Assembly: GCA_963722255.1 (NCBI GenBank)
Contig: CAVRJO010000002.1
Location: 320,001-384,000 of the forward strand
From: Candidatus Babeliales bacterium
GTDB lineage: Bacteria > Babelota > Babeliae > Babelales > JANWKD01
Length of the DNA: 64,000 nt
Direction of reading: 5' to 3'
Below are positions 32,761 through 43,777 of the stretch, piece by piece (the first letter of the stretch is position 1; the number at the start of each line of letters is the position of its first letter). The notes under the pieces are model-generated. The model made no database searches. It was given only the letters and a program-made list of their open reading frames with translations, and had not been told where the DNA came from. A program made the position numbers and the translations under genes.

Positions 32761-33648
32761 TTATTTAACTCCCTCTTTATATAAAGCTAACATAACTGGA
32801 CTTGCAATGTAAATAGATGAATAAGTTCCAAATATCATCCCAATTAGCAATGCCAAGGAAAGATCTCTTAATGCTTCCCCACCCAAAATCATCAATGAAA
32901 GAACAACTAATGTCGTAGCAAAACTTGTTAAAATAGTACGACGTAATGTTTGATTTAAGCTAATATTAACTATTTTATCAATTGAAATATTTTTCATTGT
33001 TTTAATATTTTGTCTAATCTTAGTAAATATTACAATAGTATCGTTAATGGAATAACCAAGGACCGCTAAAATTGCACTAATAACATTTATAGAAATCTCT
33101 TTATCAAATAATAAGAAGGCAAATAAAATCACCATGGCATCATGAAATAAAGCGATCACAGCTCCAACACCAAAACTTACCGACCAGAATCTAAACCATA
33201 TGTAGAGCAACATTAAAAGAAGCGCTAATCCAACGGCATAAATCGATTTCCAACGTAATATTTCGCCTATACCGCCGCTTACACTTTCAACTTCTAAAAT
33301 TTCAACAGCATTATTCGGCATGGCTTCTTGAAGAGCTTGTTTAATGGCACCACTCAGACCATTTACGTCAGTGGACACTTGCTTTAATCGAACCAAAATC
33401 TCAGTTGGAGAAAAATCACGCATAACGGGATTATTCCAACCTTTAGATTCTAAAACATCCTTTATTTGACTATCAGTAGTTGGCTGAGAAAAACGCAATC
33501 TAATTTGTGTTCCACCTGTAAAGTCAACACTATAGCTAAAAGCATAACCACGAGTTGCAATTCTATAACTATAAAGTCCAATAAAACTTGCAAAAATCGT
33601 AAGAGAAAAAACGGCACAAATTAAACGATATTTAAGAAAATCAATCAC
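32761..33648 (-). CDS. secF: Protein translocase subunit SecF
   Basis: VDFTGGT, ALFHD, GYSINDTIVIF, TYSSIYIASP. Confidence 0.95.
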   Translation of the reverse strand: MIDFLKYRLICAVFSLTIFASFIGLYSYRIATRGYAFSYSVDFTGGTQIRLRFSQPTTDSQIKDVLESKGWNNPVMRDFSPTEILVRLKQVSTDVNGLSGAIKQALQEAMPNNAVEILEVESVSGGIGEILRWKSIYAVGLALLLMLLYIWFRFWSVSFGVGAVIALFHDAMVILFAFLLFDKEISINVISAILAVLGYSINDTIVIFTKIRQNIKTMKNISIDKIVNISLNQTLRRTILTSFATTLVVLSLMILGGEALRDLSLALLIGMIFGTYSSIYIASPVMLALYKEGVK

Positions 33649-33730
33649 GGTACTCTCCCAAGCCTTAAAAAAATTATTATCATACAGTTGCGTTATTTTT
33701 TTGTACTATAATCAAACCTATTTCACAAAT

Positions 33731-34000
33731 TTATGAATCGTGTGAAAACTCTTCAACTACAGAAACATAACGTCTGCCTTTAGGACCGTAATGAAATTTA
33801 ACAAAACCAGCACCTTTAGCAAATATGGTATGATCACTGCCCAAGCCAACTGATTTTCCAGGGTGAAAACGAGTGCCTCTTTGACGAACTATTATTTCTC
33901 CACCGGTCACTACTTGACCATCAAACAATTTTACGCCTAATCTTTGACTGCGACTGTCGCGACCATTCGAAGTCGAACCGCCTGATTTACTAGTTGCCAT
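33731..34000 (-). CDS. rpmA: 50S ribosomal protein L27
   Basis: [23 protein letters not shown]. Confidence 0.97.
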   Translation of the reverse strand: MATSKSGGSTSNGRDSRSQRLGVKLFDGQVVTGGEIIVRQRGTRFHPGKSVGLGSDHTIFAKGAGFVKFHYGPKGRRYVSVVEEFSHDS

Positions 34001-34305
34001 CAGAATCCTTTATACATAGATTATTATTTTTTGGATTAGTTTAATTCTTTAAAAGAAAATGCTGAAAAAAATTCTATGTTTTCACCATTTACCCACAATA
34101 TTAATTTAAATAAGAAAAATGTCAATAAATACCCATACTCTTAACTCTAAGCCTTAAAAATCACTTTAGTTTAAAAATAGTAGATTCAAGCTACTTTACA
34201 TCATAAATATTAGAGGTCCATCAATTCCTATAAAATTATCTTTATAAACAGTTTTTTTTGGTATACTGACTTAAAAAACAGTATAAAAAAGTAAAAGGAA
34301 TAATT

Positions 34306-35031
34306 ATGTCAATGACTATTGAAACCCAAGAATACAGCGCTCCTCTTATTACAAAAGACCCCCTTGAAGATGGTATCAGTTCAGTAAGCCTCATCCGTGC
34401 TTCAGGTACAGATCTTGATATCGTTAATGCAGCACGAGTTTCTTATGGAAAAACCTCAACCCAAATAACAGAACGAGATAAAAAGCTCATTAAATATCTT
34501 TTGGAACATCATCATACCAGCCCTTTTGAGCATAATCAGCTTTCATTTAGAATTAAAGCCCCTATCTTCGTAGTAAGGCAATGGATGCGCCATAGAATGA
34601 ATTCGTATAACGAAATTAGCTATAGATACGTTGAAGCTCCGATAGAATTCTACATTCCTCAACATTGGCGCTATCAAGATGCAAAAAACAGGCAATGCTC
34701 AACGGGAGCTTTTACTAACGAAGAACTTTTAAAAGCATATAAAGAATCGATCGACTGCAGCGTAAAAACTTATAAACTCCTTTTAGACCAAGGAGTTGCT
34801 CGAGAAATAGCTCGTGGAATCTTACCTTTATGCACCTATTCTGAGTTTATTTTCACCTGCAATCTGCATTCGTTTATGAACTTTTTAACTCTACGCCTTC
34901 ACGCTGGCGCACAACATGAAATTCGGGCATATGCTCATGCACTTCTTGATTCAGCGCTTGAATTCTTCCCTGTAACCTTACATGAATGGAAGCAGATACA
35001 GGAAAAACAGAATCAAAAAGAAACTTTTTAA
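34306..35031 (+). CDS. thyX: FAD-dependent thymidylate synthase
   Basis: HTSPFEH, RHRMNSYNEISYRY, EIARGILP. Confidence 0.96.
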   Translation: MSMTIETQEYSAPLITKDPLEDGISSVSLIRASGTDLDIVNAARVSYGKTSTQITERDKKLIKYLLEHHHTSPFEHNQLSFRIKAPIFVVRQWMRHRMNSYNEISYRYVEAPIEFYIPQHWRYQDAKNRQCSTGAFTNEELLKAYKESIDCSVKTYKLLLDQGVAREIARGILPLCTYSEFIFTCNLHSFMNFLTLRLHAGAQHEIRAYAHALLDSALEFFPVTLHEWKQIQEKQNQKETF

Positions 35032-35183
35032 ACGATTTTTAGCTTGATGTAAAAAAGCATTCATGTTTTTTGCTTATTTTTTATAATAATATTGCAAATA
35101 TACATTATATTTTACTATGCTTATAAAAAAGGGATATCAAACTTTTGTATAAGATATTTGAACTATCAGGCCTACAGGAGAGT

Positions 35184-36119
35184 ATGTTCATGCTAAAAAG
35201 TATTAAAAAATTATTTGCCTTCTTATTAATCATAGTATCAATTTACTCTCTTTATGCTGATAATAAATATCCCTACCAAGCACCAAGCCGTTTTAATCAG
35301 GATTATCAAAAATCAAACTATTATTTAGCAGGCGATATCTATTTTTATACAACTCTGTTACCTGAGCTCACAAAATTTAGTACGACTTCCCCAAGAATAA
35401 ATCCTAATGCTAGGAATTCTCACAAAGCTGAATTTAATGCTAATACCAAGTATGATCTATTTTCTCTCTTTTATAACAAAACTTTTGATAAAGAAGCGTG
35501 TAAAAGAGTCTCGCTTCCTAAACCATTGAGCAGTAATGAAGATACGAGAATAATTTTTTATCCACCAGGTAATCAACGAGCATATTCCACAATTTTAATC
35601 AGTCGAAAGAAGTCAGAAGATACAATTGTACTCTACGCAGGCGTTCCATTAAGAAAAGCTATTAATGGTTCAAAACTTACCTTCAACATCGACAATTTTG
35701 AAAAATATATGAAAACGACTGCTTGGTTTAATAGTAGACCTAAATTAGTTGGATACTATGATAGCGCAATAACATTTGGCTTTGCTGTTAATACCGATGA
35801 TTCAAATTTTACTGTACCAAAAGAAAAAAATAGTGCGATACCAGATAGTTTTTCTATAAACTTTGTAAGATTAAGGGAAAATACCATAACAGACTGTTCA
35901 CCTTTCCCCTTATATATTGAAGAAATAGTCGCTTATACCGATACAATGAAGATAGCTGAAATGGGTATTAAAAATTTAAACGATGATCTTTATAAGCCGC
36001 ATACAATTGATTGGCATGGGACATCAATAACAATCCCGCCCATTATAACCATAGAACCAATGAACAAAACTGATTTTGAAGAGTTTCAAAATCTAATAAA
36101 ATTAGGAAATAGTAACTAA
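35184..36119 (+). CDS. Exported hypothetical protein, paralog of next gene
   Basis: Signal peptide; shared blocks with 36135..36938. Confidence 0.75.
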   Translation: MFMLKSIKKLFAFLLIIVSIYSLYADNKYPYQAPSRFNQDYQKSNYYLAGDIYFYTTLLPELTKFSTTSPRINPNARNSHKAEFNANTKYDLFSLFYNKTFDKEACKRVSLPKPLSSNEDTRIIFYPPGNQRAYSTILISRKKSEDTIVLYAGVPLRKAINGSKLTFNIDNFEKYMKTTAWFNSRPKLVGYYDSAITFGFAVNTDDSNFTVPKEKNSAIPDSFSINFVRLRENTITDCSPFPLYIEEIVAYTDTMKIAEMGIKNLNDDLYKPHTIDWHGTSITIPPIITIEPMNKTDFEEFQNLIKLGNSN

Positions 36120-36134
36120 AAAAAGGAGAAGAAG

Positions 36135-36938
36135 ATGTATAAATATACTAAACATTTCATTATTGTTTTTATAGCAATAAATAATTTCTGTTTTATAATT
36201 GCCGTAAAAGATCGATTCAACTCAGATTATGTAAATTCTCAGTATTATTTTGTTGGAAACTTATTAATAAAAGCAGAAGGGAAAGATGCTGTTTACACGA
36301 CTAATTCAAAAATGTTTCCATCACAAGTAAAAGGGTCAAAAATAATATTTGAACCTAATAAAAATTACGATATTTTAGGTACACTATTTTCATTAGGCAA
36401 AATACCGGATGATAACTTTAAACTTCCACCGGCATTTAACTTTGATCCTAATAAAAAGCCTGAAAATAGAACTATGGTTTTATCACCTTTTTCAGAACAT
36501 TACCCAACAGTTGTAATAACCCAAAAAAACAGTGAGCTTCTGGTGTTAATTGGAAAACCAAATCAAGGCGTGAATGGAACAAAACTGATTTTTAATGTGA
36601 GCGCTTTTGAAAAAAGAATGAGAGGGACTTCTTGGTATGATAATCTGGATCAAAAAGATCGTCGTTTAATTTTTGGCTTAGGAGTCGATGCGGACAAAGC
36701 AAATTTTTTAGGAACCAACTCATTTCCAATAAATATTATAGAAATTTGGGGCGTATCAAAATTAGATTATCCACTTAGTACCGCAAAGTTTATTAGAGCC
36801 ATCGCCCCTATTGTAAGTGCCACTCGCCTTAGTTCATATGATGAGTTATACAAAGGTCCAAATCCAATAATTTCTATAACACCCATGAACTCTGATGACT
36901 ATACATTATTCAATCAGTTAATAAAAAGTAATAAATAG
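36135..36938 (+). CDS. Exported hypothetical protein, paralog of previous gene
   Basis: AAGGAG RBS; signal peptide. Confidence 0.75.
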   Translation: MYKYTKHFIIVFIAINNFCFIIAVKDRFNSDYVNSQYYFVGNLLIKAEGKDAVYTTNSKMFPSQVKGSKIIFEPNKNYDILGTLFSLGKIPDDNFKLPPAFNFDPNKKPENRTMVLSPFSEHYPTVVITQKNSELLVLIGKPNQGVNGTKLIFNVSAFEKRMRGTSWYDNLDQKDRRLIFGLGVDADKANFLGTNSFPINIIEIWGVSKLDYPLSTAKFIRAIAPIVSATRLSSYDELYKGPNPIISITPMNSDDYTLFNQLIKSNK

Positions 36939-36961
36939 CTGAACAATCTACTTAGAACATT

Positions 36962-36992
36962 AAAAAAAGCTCTCTTAACCGAGAGCTTTTTT
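36962..36992. terminator. Bidirectional intrinsic terminator
   Basis: AAAAAAGCTCTC-loop-GAGAGCTTTTTT. Confidence 0.85.
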
Positions 36993-37447
36993 TAATCGCG
37001 TATATTCTTTAACTCTCGAGATGTTTCTCGCTTAATATCTCGTTCTTTTAACGATTGTTTTTTTTCATGCATTTTTTTATGTTTACAGATCCCAAGCTCA
37101 ACTTTAACAAGCCCCTTCTCATTAAGATAGACCTTAAGTGGAATGACGGTGACACCTCTACGAGAAATATCTCCGGAAATTCGGTTAAGCTCACGCTTGT
37201 GGATCAGAAGCTTTCGTGTACGCGCTGCTTCTTCATCTTTTTTTTGATACGCCATTGCATAAGGCGTAATCGAAGCATTGACTAAATAAAGCTCGCCATC
37301 TTTAATATGTGCAAAAGATCCTATTAAGGAAATGTGTCCCGCTCTGATCGATTTTACTTCATTACCATTTAGGATAATGCCCGCTTCAATACGGTCAAAA
37401 ATCTCATAATCAAAAAATGCTTTTTTATTTTGAGTAATTATTTTCAT
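36992..37447 (-). CDS. smpB: SsrA-binding protein
   Basis: NKKAFFDY, EAGIILNGNEVKSIR, RTRKLL. Confidence 0.96.
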   Translation of the reverse strand: MKIITQNKKAFFDYEIFDRIEAGIILNGNEVKSIRAGHISLIGSFAHIKDGELYLVNASITPYAMAYQKKDEEAARTRKLLIHKRELNRISGDISRRGVTVIPLKVYLNEKGLVKVELGICKHKKMHEKKQSLKERDIKRETSRELKNIRD

Positions 37448-37922
37448 AGGTTGTTCCAAATTCGAGCGCTACATAATAAGCAAAAACTTTTTTCATAATA
37501 GGAAATAAAATCACTCCTAAGACTATTCCTAGTATATTACCACCAAGCAAAAATGACCACAAACAAGGTTTTGCAATACCAATAGTGTTTTCAAAAAAAA
37601 CATTTATAGAATGCATCCATTGCGGTTCGGCTAAAAACAAGTCAAAATCCAATACTTTATGCAATATCCAATAGCCCAACCCATACCCGGCACTATAAAC
37701 GGGAAGCATTGTCCAAGGGTTATTGATAAAACATGAGGAAGCGAGGGTTACACTGAAATTTAGACCAAAAATCCATGTAAATAGAAACACCATTGCCGTA
37801 TGCAAACAAAGAAATGGAGAAAACGCAATATAGGTTCCCATGCTTAATGAAAGTGCTAATTTTTCAGGAGACCTTTCCTGATATACCAGTTTTTTAATAA
37901 ATTTTTTTAACAACTTTGCCAT
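37425..37922 (-). CDS. DUF2062-like membrane protein
   Basis: SPEKLALSLSMG, INNPWT, YGLGYWIL. Confidence 0.8.
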   Translation of the reverse strand: MAKLLKKFIKKLVYQERSPEKLALSLSMGTYIAFSPFLCLHTAMVFLFTWIFGLNFSVTLASSCFINNPWTMLPVYSAGYGLGYWILHKVLDFDLFLAEPQWMHSINVFFENTIGIAKPCLWSFLLGGNILGIVLGVILFPIMKKVFAYYVALEFGTTYENNYSK

Positions 37923-38130
37923 TATCTATCACCATAGCATTATATGAAAATACTTTTATTAGAAGTATATAGAATTACTATGCTATTTGCTATTAATCTC
38001 ATTTTAAGCCCTGTTAAATTATCAAGTTTATAGGATATTCAGAAGTTAAATATTGAGAAAAAAGATGGAATTAGGCTAAAATCAAACTTAGAAATATCCT
38101 ATTTCCCAGTTAAAAGAAAAGAGAGCGGCC

Positions 38131-38559
38131 ATGCTTTACATAAGATTATTCGTTATTCTTTCTATAACGATTTTTTCACTAACGGCAATGACTAAAAAAC
38201 GAACTAGTTGTTTTGCGCAAACAATTGAAGAAATTGCTACTAATAATAAAAATTATCCTCATGTATTAGGTGAACTCAATAAGATTAAACAAGTTGGCAG
38301 CAATAGTTTACTTACAAATAATGAAGTTTTATCATGTGTTAAAATACTACACCAAGGATATATGAATAATCAAACTTATGATCTGTCCAAACAAACGGAT
38401 TTTCTTCCTCAGAATACTATTTTCACAGAAAATAACCTTGCACTCTTACTAAAATCAATTATTCTCTATAGAATCTTGTACCCGGACGATAAAAATTTTG
38501 AAATAAACCAAATTAACCTTATTCCAACGAAAAGGACCCATTTTTGCACCTTATACTAA
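38131..38559 (+). CDS. Exported hypothetical protein
   Basis: Signal peptide ending LTA-M. Confidence 0.6.
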   Translation: MLYIRLFVILSITIFSLTAMTKKRTSCFAQTIEEIATNNKNYPHVLGELNKIKQVGSNSLLTNNEVLSCVKILHQGYMNNQTYDLSKQTDFLPQNTIFTENNLALLLKSIILYRILYPDDKNFEINQINLIPTKRTHFCTLY

Positions 38560-38891
38560 TAAGTGCAACAACAAGCTACTTTCTTTCTCAAATAACTACC
38601 AAATTAGAAATTTAGGGCATTTCCTTGACCCATTAACCTCTAGAGTTCAGATAAGTTCTTCAATACTATTATTCTTTTTATACTGCATAATCTCAAAAAC
38701 AAAACTTATATTCAAAAAAATAAGTGTGAAAAGATGTAAAAAAAATGGTATATTTATTAAAAGGTTTCCTTTTTTTTAATTATCTTGTAAACTATTTCAA
38801 TTAGAATTTGCCATATTGTGATATTACTATAAAATAAGCATTCTTGAAAATGCAATTATTACACTGTTATTAAGTTAGGGACATTACCCAC

Positions 38892-40031
38892 ATGAAAAAG
38901 ATTTTAATCTTTTCAAGCTACGGCGGAGGAGGCCACATTTCTGCAACTGATGCCATTAAAGGTTATCTTGGGAATGATTATGAAATTATAACAAGTTTCT
39001 ATATCGATGAGGTTATTGGAAGCCTCAGCATCGTTAAAACAGTAACCTTAAATTATTCTACTGAAGAAAAGTTTTATAATTTCTGTTTACGAAGAAAATG
39101 GACTTGGTTTATTAATAAGCTTTATCAATTATCGGCACTTTGGGTTTTTTTAAATAAAAGATTTATGAAGCGTCTTACCATAAAATATTTAGAAAAAACC
39201 AATCCTGATCTGGTTATTTCGGTAATTCCTATATTTAATAATGTTATCAAAGAAAGCTGTAAATTACGCAATATTCCTTTTTTACTAATCCCAACCGATT
39301 TAGATACCGGATCATTCATCAAAAATATAACACACCCAGAATACAATAAATTTAAAGTTGCCTTGTCCTTTAATGATCCTGATATACTTAGCTTAGCCCA
39401 TAATCCAGCTTTACCTGATAACGCCAAAATAATTACAGGATTTCCCATTAAACCCTCATTTTTTGAAGAAAAAAATCTTAATCAAATCAGGAATGATTTT
39501 CACGTACCTGATAACAAACCGGTAATTTTAGTACTTATGGGAGCTGCAGGTTCAAATGCAACCTATTCATATCTTTTAACTCTTCTTCAGTTACAAACAC
39601 CCGTGCATCTGCTACTGTGCCTCGGTAGAAATGAAAAACTAAGGCCACTCGTAGAAAAGATGCGGAAACCAAAACATATCACTATTTCAATTATTAGTTA
39701 TACAAATCGAATTTCAGATCTAATGGCCATTTCTAAACTTTGCATCACAAAAGCTGGAACAGTCAGCGTTTGTGAAACTATGTATATGAATATACCCATG
39801 ATATTAGATAACACTTCAACGCCTTTGGTTTGGGAAAAATTCAATATAGATTTTATTCAAAAAAACAATTTTGGAACTGCAATAGTTCATTACAAAGAGC
39901 TCAATGCTGCGGTGAATAAAATGTTACATGACGATGAATATTATTCCTTCTGCAAGAAAAGCCTCATGAATTTTCCCAAAAAAAATTTCGGAGATTCTAT
40001 TACAACATTGGTACAAGAACTTATTGGCTAA
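38892..40031 (+). CDS. GT28 diacylglycerol glycosyltransferase (MGDG synthase/UgtP-like)
   Basis: GGGHISA, PTD, TGFPI, CLGRN, ITKAG. Confidence 0.88.
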   Translation: MKKILIFSSYGGGGHISATDAIKGYLGNDYEIITSFYIDEVIGSLSIVKTVTLNYSTEEKFYNFCLRRKWTWFINKLYQLSALWVFLNKRFMKRLTIKYLEKTNPDLVISVIPIFNNVIKESCKLRNIPFLLIPTDLDTGSFIKNITHPEYNKFKVALSFNDPDILSLAHNPALPDNAKIITGFPIKPSFFEEKNLNQIRNDFHVPDNKPVILVLMGAAGSNATYSYLLTLLQLQTPVHLLLCLGRNEKLRPLVEKMRKPKHITISIISYTNRISDLMAISKLCITKAGTVSVCETMYMNIPMILDNTSTPLVWEKFNIDFIQKNNFGTAIVHYKELNAAVNKMLHDDEYYSFCKKSLMNFPKKNFGDSITTLVQELIG

Positions 40032-40878
40032 TGGAGCTCGCATTATGCAATTGACTCTTTCAGAATCCTCAAAAGACCAGTTACAAAATTTTGTTAAACT
40101 AATTTGGAACTATTATGCTCATCATAAACGGGATTTTCCATGGAGAGATAATCGTTCTCCCTATTCTATTGTTGTTTCTGAAATAATGCTGCAACAGACC
40201 AAAACTGATCGCGTAATTAAAAAATACACTGATTTTCTTTCAATCTTTCCTTCATTTGAATCTTTAGCACATGCTTCTTTAAAAGAGGTTCTTTTAGCAT
40301 GGCAAGGCCTAGGTTATAATCGCCGAGGAATGGCCTTACAAAGGACCGCACAAATAATTATGTCTGAATATAAGGGCAACCTTCCTAATGACCCTACTAG
40401 GTTAGTTACCTTTCCGGGAATAGGAAAGGCCACTGCAGCATCAATATGCGCTTTTGCCTTCAATATGCCAACGATATTTATTGAAACAAATATTAGAACA
40501 GTATTTATAAACTTTTTCTTTAAAGATCGCGGTGAAATTAAAGATAATGAAATTTTACCTTTAGTTGCTGCAACCGTTGATGCTACTAATCCTAGAGAAT
40601 GGTATTATGCCTTGATGGATTATGGTGTCATGCTCAAAAAAACTTTGCCTAACCCAAGCCGCAAAAGTGCACATCATGTACAACAAAGCAAGTTTGAAGG
40701 TTCAGATCGGCAAATTAGAGGTATGATTCTTAAAATTTTAACAAGCCAACCATACAGTGCATTTGATGAGCTTTGTCTTTTGATTCCGCGTGAGCCACAT
40801 AGAATTGAAAAAGCTCTTCGCGAATTAGAAAGTGAAAAATTTATTCGAATTCAAAATAGTTTTATTGTTATTACGTAG
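40024..40878 (+). CDS. mutY: Compact A/G-specific adenine glycosylase
   Basis: RDFPWR, VSEIMLQQT, WQGLGYNRR, HhH PGIGKATA. Confidence 0.9.
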   Translation: MANGARIMQLTLSESSKDQLQNFVKLIWNYYAHHKRDFPWRDNRSPYSIVVSEIMLQQTKTDRVIKKYTDFLSIFPSFESLAHASLKEVLLAWQGLGYNRRGMALQRTAQIIMSEYKGNLPNDPTRLVTFPGIGKATAASICAFAFNMPTIFIETNIRTVFINFFFKDRGEIKDNEILPLVAATVDATNPREWYYALMDYGVMLKKTLPNPSRKSAHHVQQSKFEGSDRQIRGMILKILTSQPYSAFDELCLLIPREPHRIEKALRELESEKFIRIQNSFIVIT

Positions 40879-40915
40879 TGCGAATCGGATAAATTTATTA
40901 TCGACTTCGCACTAC
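40875..40915. terminator. Hairpin between convergent mutY and bamA
   Basis: GTAGTGCGAA...TTCGCACTAC stem. Confidence 0.6.
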
Positions 40916-40924
40916 CCTTTAATC

Positions 40925-43597
40925 CTAGAAATCATGTGACATACTTAAATGTACCTGACTTGCCGATTCATTTTTTCTGCGATCAAGCTTAAAACCCCAA
41001 TCTATTTTTACCGGAGTTGGTCTTAATAAACGAACACCAAATCCAACTGACTGACGATAATTAAAACCATTGTTTCTTAAGCGCTTTTTTCCAATTAGAT
41101 TAGCATTAGGTGTATCCCAACCGGCACCACCATCATAAAATAAAACACCTTTAATTGAAAAATCAGGAGCTACAGGAAAAATAAGTTCACTATTTATCCA
41201 AAATGCTTTTTTAGCACCTATAGAATCCCCTCTAAATGTTGGCCCAATTTCTCCAAAGAGAAATCCCCTTACGCTGGCAGGTCCACCAATATGATAGAGT
41301 TCTCTAAATGGAATTACCTTACCATCAAAGTTATTAACAACGCCAAAGTGCGTATGCAAATAGAAAACAAGATCTCGTTCGCCAATTAATGGAGTAAAAT
41401 AACTTGCATCAAAATCTATTTTCCAAAATCCGAAATTGTAGCGTGAAGCATTTGGGCTTGTTGCAAGATTAAATTGTCCATTACTTGGAAAAGCAACACG
41501 AGCTTGTCCTAACCATTGATATCCCCTGCTTGGATGCATAGGATGATTTCTGAAATCTTGGCTTGCTTGTGCCGCAGTCCACACATAACTACCATTTGGA
41601 AATCGTCTTTGAAGGATCATATTAAATTCATTAAACTGCTTGTCATCAGGAAATAATGCTCTATCCCCAACTGGCGCATTATGATAATGCAACCCTTCAA
41701 TTCCAAACATAGCTACAAATTTTGTTTGATTAAGATTTTGCGCAACAAATCCTAAACTTAATGCACCATTAACCAACTGCTCTTTAACTTCATCGGTGGT
41801 TAATTTAAAATCTTCATACACCGATTTTTTAATTGCAATATCAAAAGCAGCAAAAATAGGCCGATCAAAGAGCCATGGTTCAGTAAGGTTAAAAAGCAAC
41901 TGCCTTTCTTGTTTTGAAAATTCACCACTTAAGTTAAATCCAATCCCCAACCCTAAAAGATTGGTATCTGAAATAGATCCACCGATTCTTAATGATTCTG
42001 TTGGGTTTTGTAGATCTTTTGGTGAACCCCCGAAGCCAAGTTGTGCATCAACACGACCCGTTTTTACTTCTCGAACGAAAAGTTCTAGATCGGCAATATC
42101 TCTACTTACTCTTTTAATTTTCCAGCTCACTCCATTTTGTTCATCAAAAAAGCCCAATTGTTCGATTTTAAATTTAGATGCTTCTAATCTTTGGGTAGTA
42201 AGCAAATCTCCCTCATCGAATAATAGCTGACGGCGGATAATTTTTTGCCTGGTCTTTTCATTTCCTCGAATTTCAATTTTTCTAACACTTATTTTATCAC
42301 CAAGCTCAATAAAGAAATTTAGCTTTACCGTTTTTGTTTCATCATCAGGCTCCGGTGCAGGATCAACGTCGGCATAAATATATCCAAATTCTCCTAAAAT
42401 GGTTCGTAAAATCTCGATTGAATCGCGTATTTTATCTTTTGAATACAAATCTCCAACACGTATTGGTAACCGCTCTTCTAATTGCTGTTGGGAAATAATA
42501 TCATTGCCGGGAACTTTTATGTCGCTTATTCTATAAATATCCCCTTCTACAATGTGGAAAGTAATTCGTAAAACTGTTGGATCATTAGGATCAGGATCAA
42601 TATCTACTTTGGTTACTTTTGCATTTAAATAACCATTGCTCTGATAAAAATTCTCTAGGGTATGACGATCAGCTTCGATGGCTTCAGGTTGATAACTTCC
42701 TGATCGATCCATAAATCCTAGAATCCAATCCTCACGAGTAAAAATAAGTGAACGCAACTGTTTTGCAGGAAATGCCTTATTACCTTCAAAAAAAACTCTT
42801 TGAATCTGGGTTTTTTTATTTTCATCAATGGTAAATAGTGCAATTACTTTATCGCTCTTTTCATCATCTTGTAAGGAAGCCTTAATTTCTACGTTGTGAT
42901 AATCTTTTTCGCGATATAGTTTTTTCAAAGCAATGACATATTTTTTTAGATCATTTTCATCAAGTGCTGGTTTTTCATTAAAATTTATTTTTTTTCTAAT
43001 GTCTTTTTCAGTTAAGTGCTTATTTCCTTTAAAAGCTACATCTTTTAGCAGTTTTTTTTCTTGAACAATGATATAAAGATCAATCAGATTTTTACCAACT
43101 AGCTCAGCTTTTAGTTCAACATTATTGAAATAACCCATATCAAATATGTTAGAGATAAGAATCTTAGATTTCAAAGGCGTAAAAATCTCATTAATGTGAT
43201 AAGGAATTTTAGTTAAAATAGCATCCAGAGGTACATTTTTATTACCTTGCACATACATAGCACGAATTCTTCTTTGATCATTAAAAGAATCTTCTTCATT
43301 ACTATATTCATTACCTTCAGCAACTTCCTCATTGATTTCAAAAGGTCTATCATCGGAAATAGGAGATTTATCCCCAACTTCGGGAACAATCGCTATATCT
43401 TCCTCAGGATAGGTATCTACAATAGATCCACTTGGGACTTGAATCAATTCATGATTATCTGGTTCAAATGCTACCGGATCATGCAATAACATATCCGAGG
43501 TTTCTGAATATAGATCTTTTAGTTCTCCTGATTGCTCGGCCATTATAGTGAATGAACAGAGCAACATAACTAATAATTTGATTGGCAATGATGTCAT
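40925..43597 (-). CDS. bamA: Outer membrane protein assembly factor BamA
   Basis: POTRA motifs (GNEKTR, YQSNGY), VRGF, C-terminal Phe. Confidence 0.95.
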   Translation of the reverse strand: MTSLPIKLLVMLLCSFTIMAEQSGELKDLYSETSDMLLHDPVAFEPDNHELIQVPSGSIVDTYPEEDIAIVPEVGDKSPISDDRPFEINEEVAEGNEYSNEEDSFNDQRRIRAMYVQGNKNVPLDAILTKIPYHINEIFTPLKSKILISNIFDMGYFNNVELKAELVGKNLIDLYIIVQEKKLLKDVAFKGNKHLTEKDIRKKINFNEKPALDENDLKKYVIALKKLYREKDYHNVEIKASLQDDEKSDKVIALFTIDENKKTQIQRVFFEGNKAFPAKQLRSLIFTREDWILGFMDRSGSYQPEAIEADRHTLENFYQSNGYLNAKVTKVDIDPDPNDPTVLRITFHIVEGDIYRISDIKVPGNDIISQQQLEERLPIRVGDLYSKDKIRDSIEILRTILGEFGYIYADVDPAPEPDDETKTVKLNFFIELGDKISVRKIEIRGNEKTRQKIIRRQLLFDEGDLLTTQRLEASKFKIEQLGFFDEQNGVSWKIKRVSRDIADLELFVREVKTGRVDAQLGFGGSPKDLQNPTESLRIGGSISDTNLLGLGIGFNLSGEFSKQERQLLFNLTEPWLFDRPIFAAFDIAIKKSVYEDFKLTTDEVKEQLVNGALSLGFVAQNLNQTKFVAMFGIEGLHYHNAPVGDRALFPDDKQFNEFNMILQRRFPNGSYVWTAAQASQDFRNHPMHPSRGYQWLGQARVAFPSNGQFNLATSPNASRYNFGFWKIDFDASYFTPLIGERDLVFYLHTHFGVVNNFDGKVIPFRELYHIGGPASVRGFLFGEIGPTFRGDSIGAKKAFWINSELIFPVAPDFSIKGVLFYDGGAGWDTPNANLIGKKRLRNNGFNYRQSVGFGVRLLRPTPVKIDWGFKLDRRKNESASQVHLSMSHDF

Positions 43598-43777
43598 ACC
43601 GCAACGCTCCCGCAACATATACTCAAGGTCATTTTTTTAGTTTCAATACTTGTGATAGAATAATAAAATAGAATACCTTTTTTTTTAAGATTGACCAGTA
43701 ATAACAAAATTTTTTAAACTAATGCTATCTTGCAAGAGCACAAAATTAAGCTTTTTAACTTCATTTTAGAGTTATAT

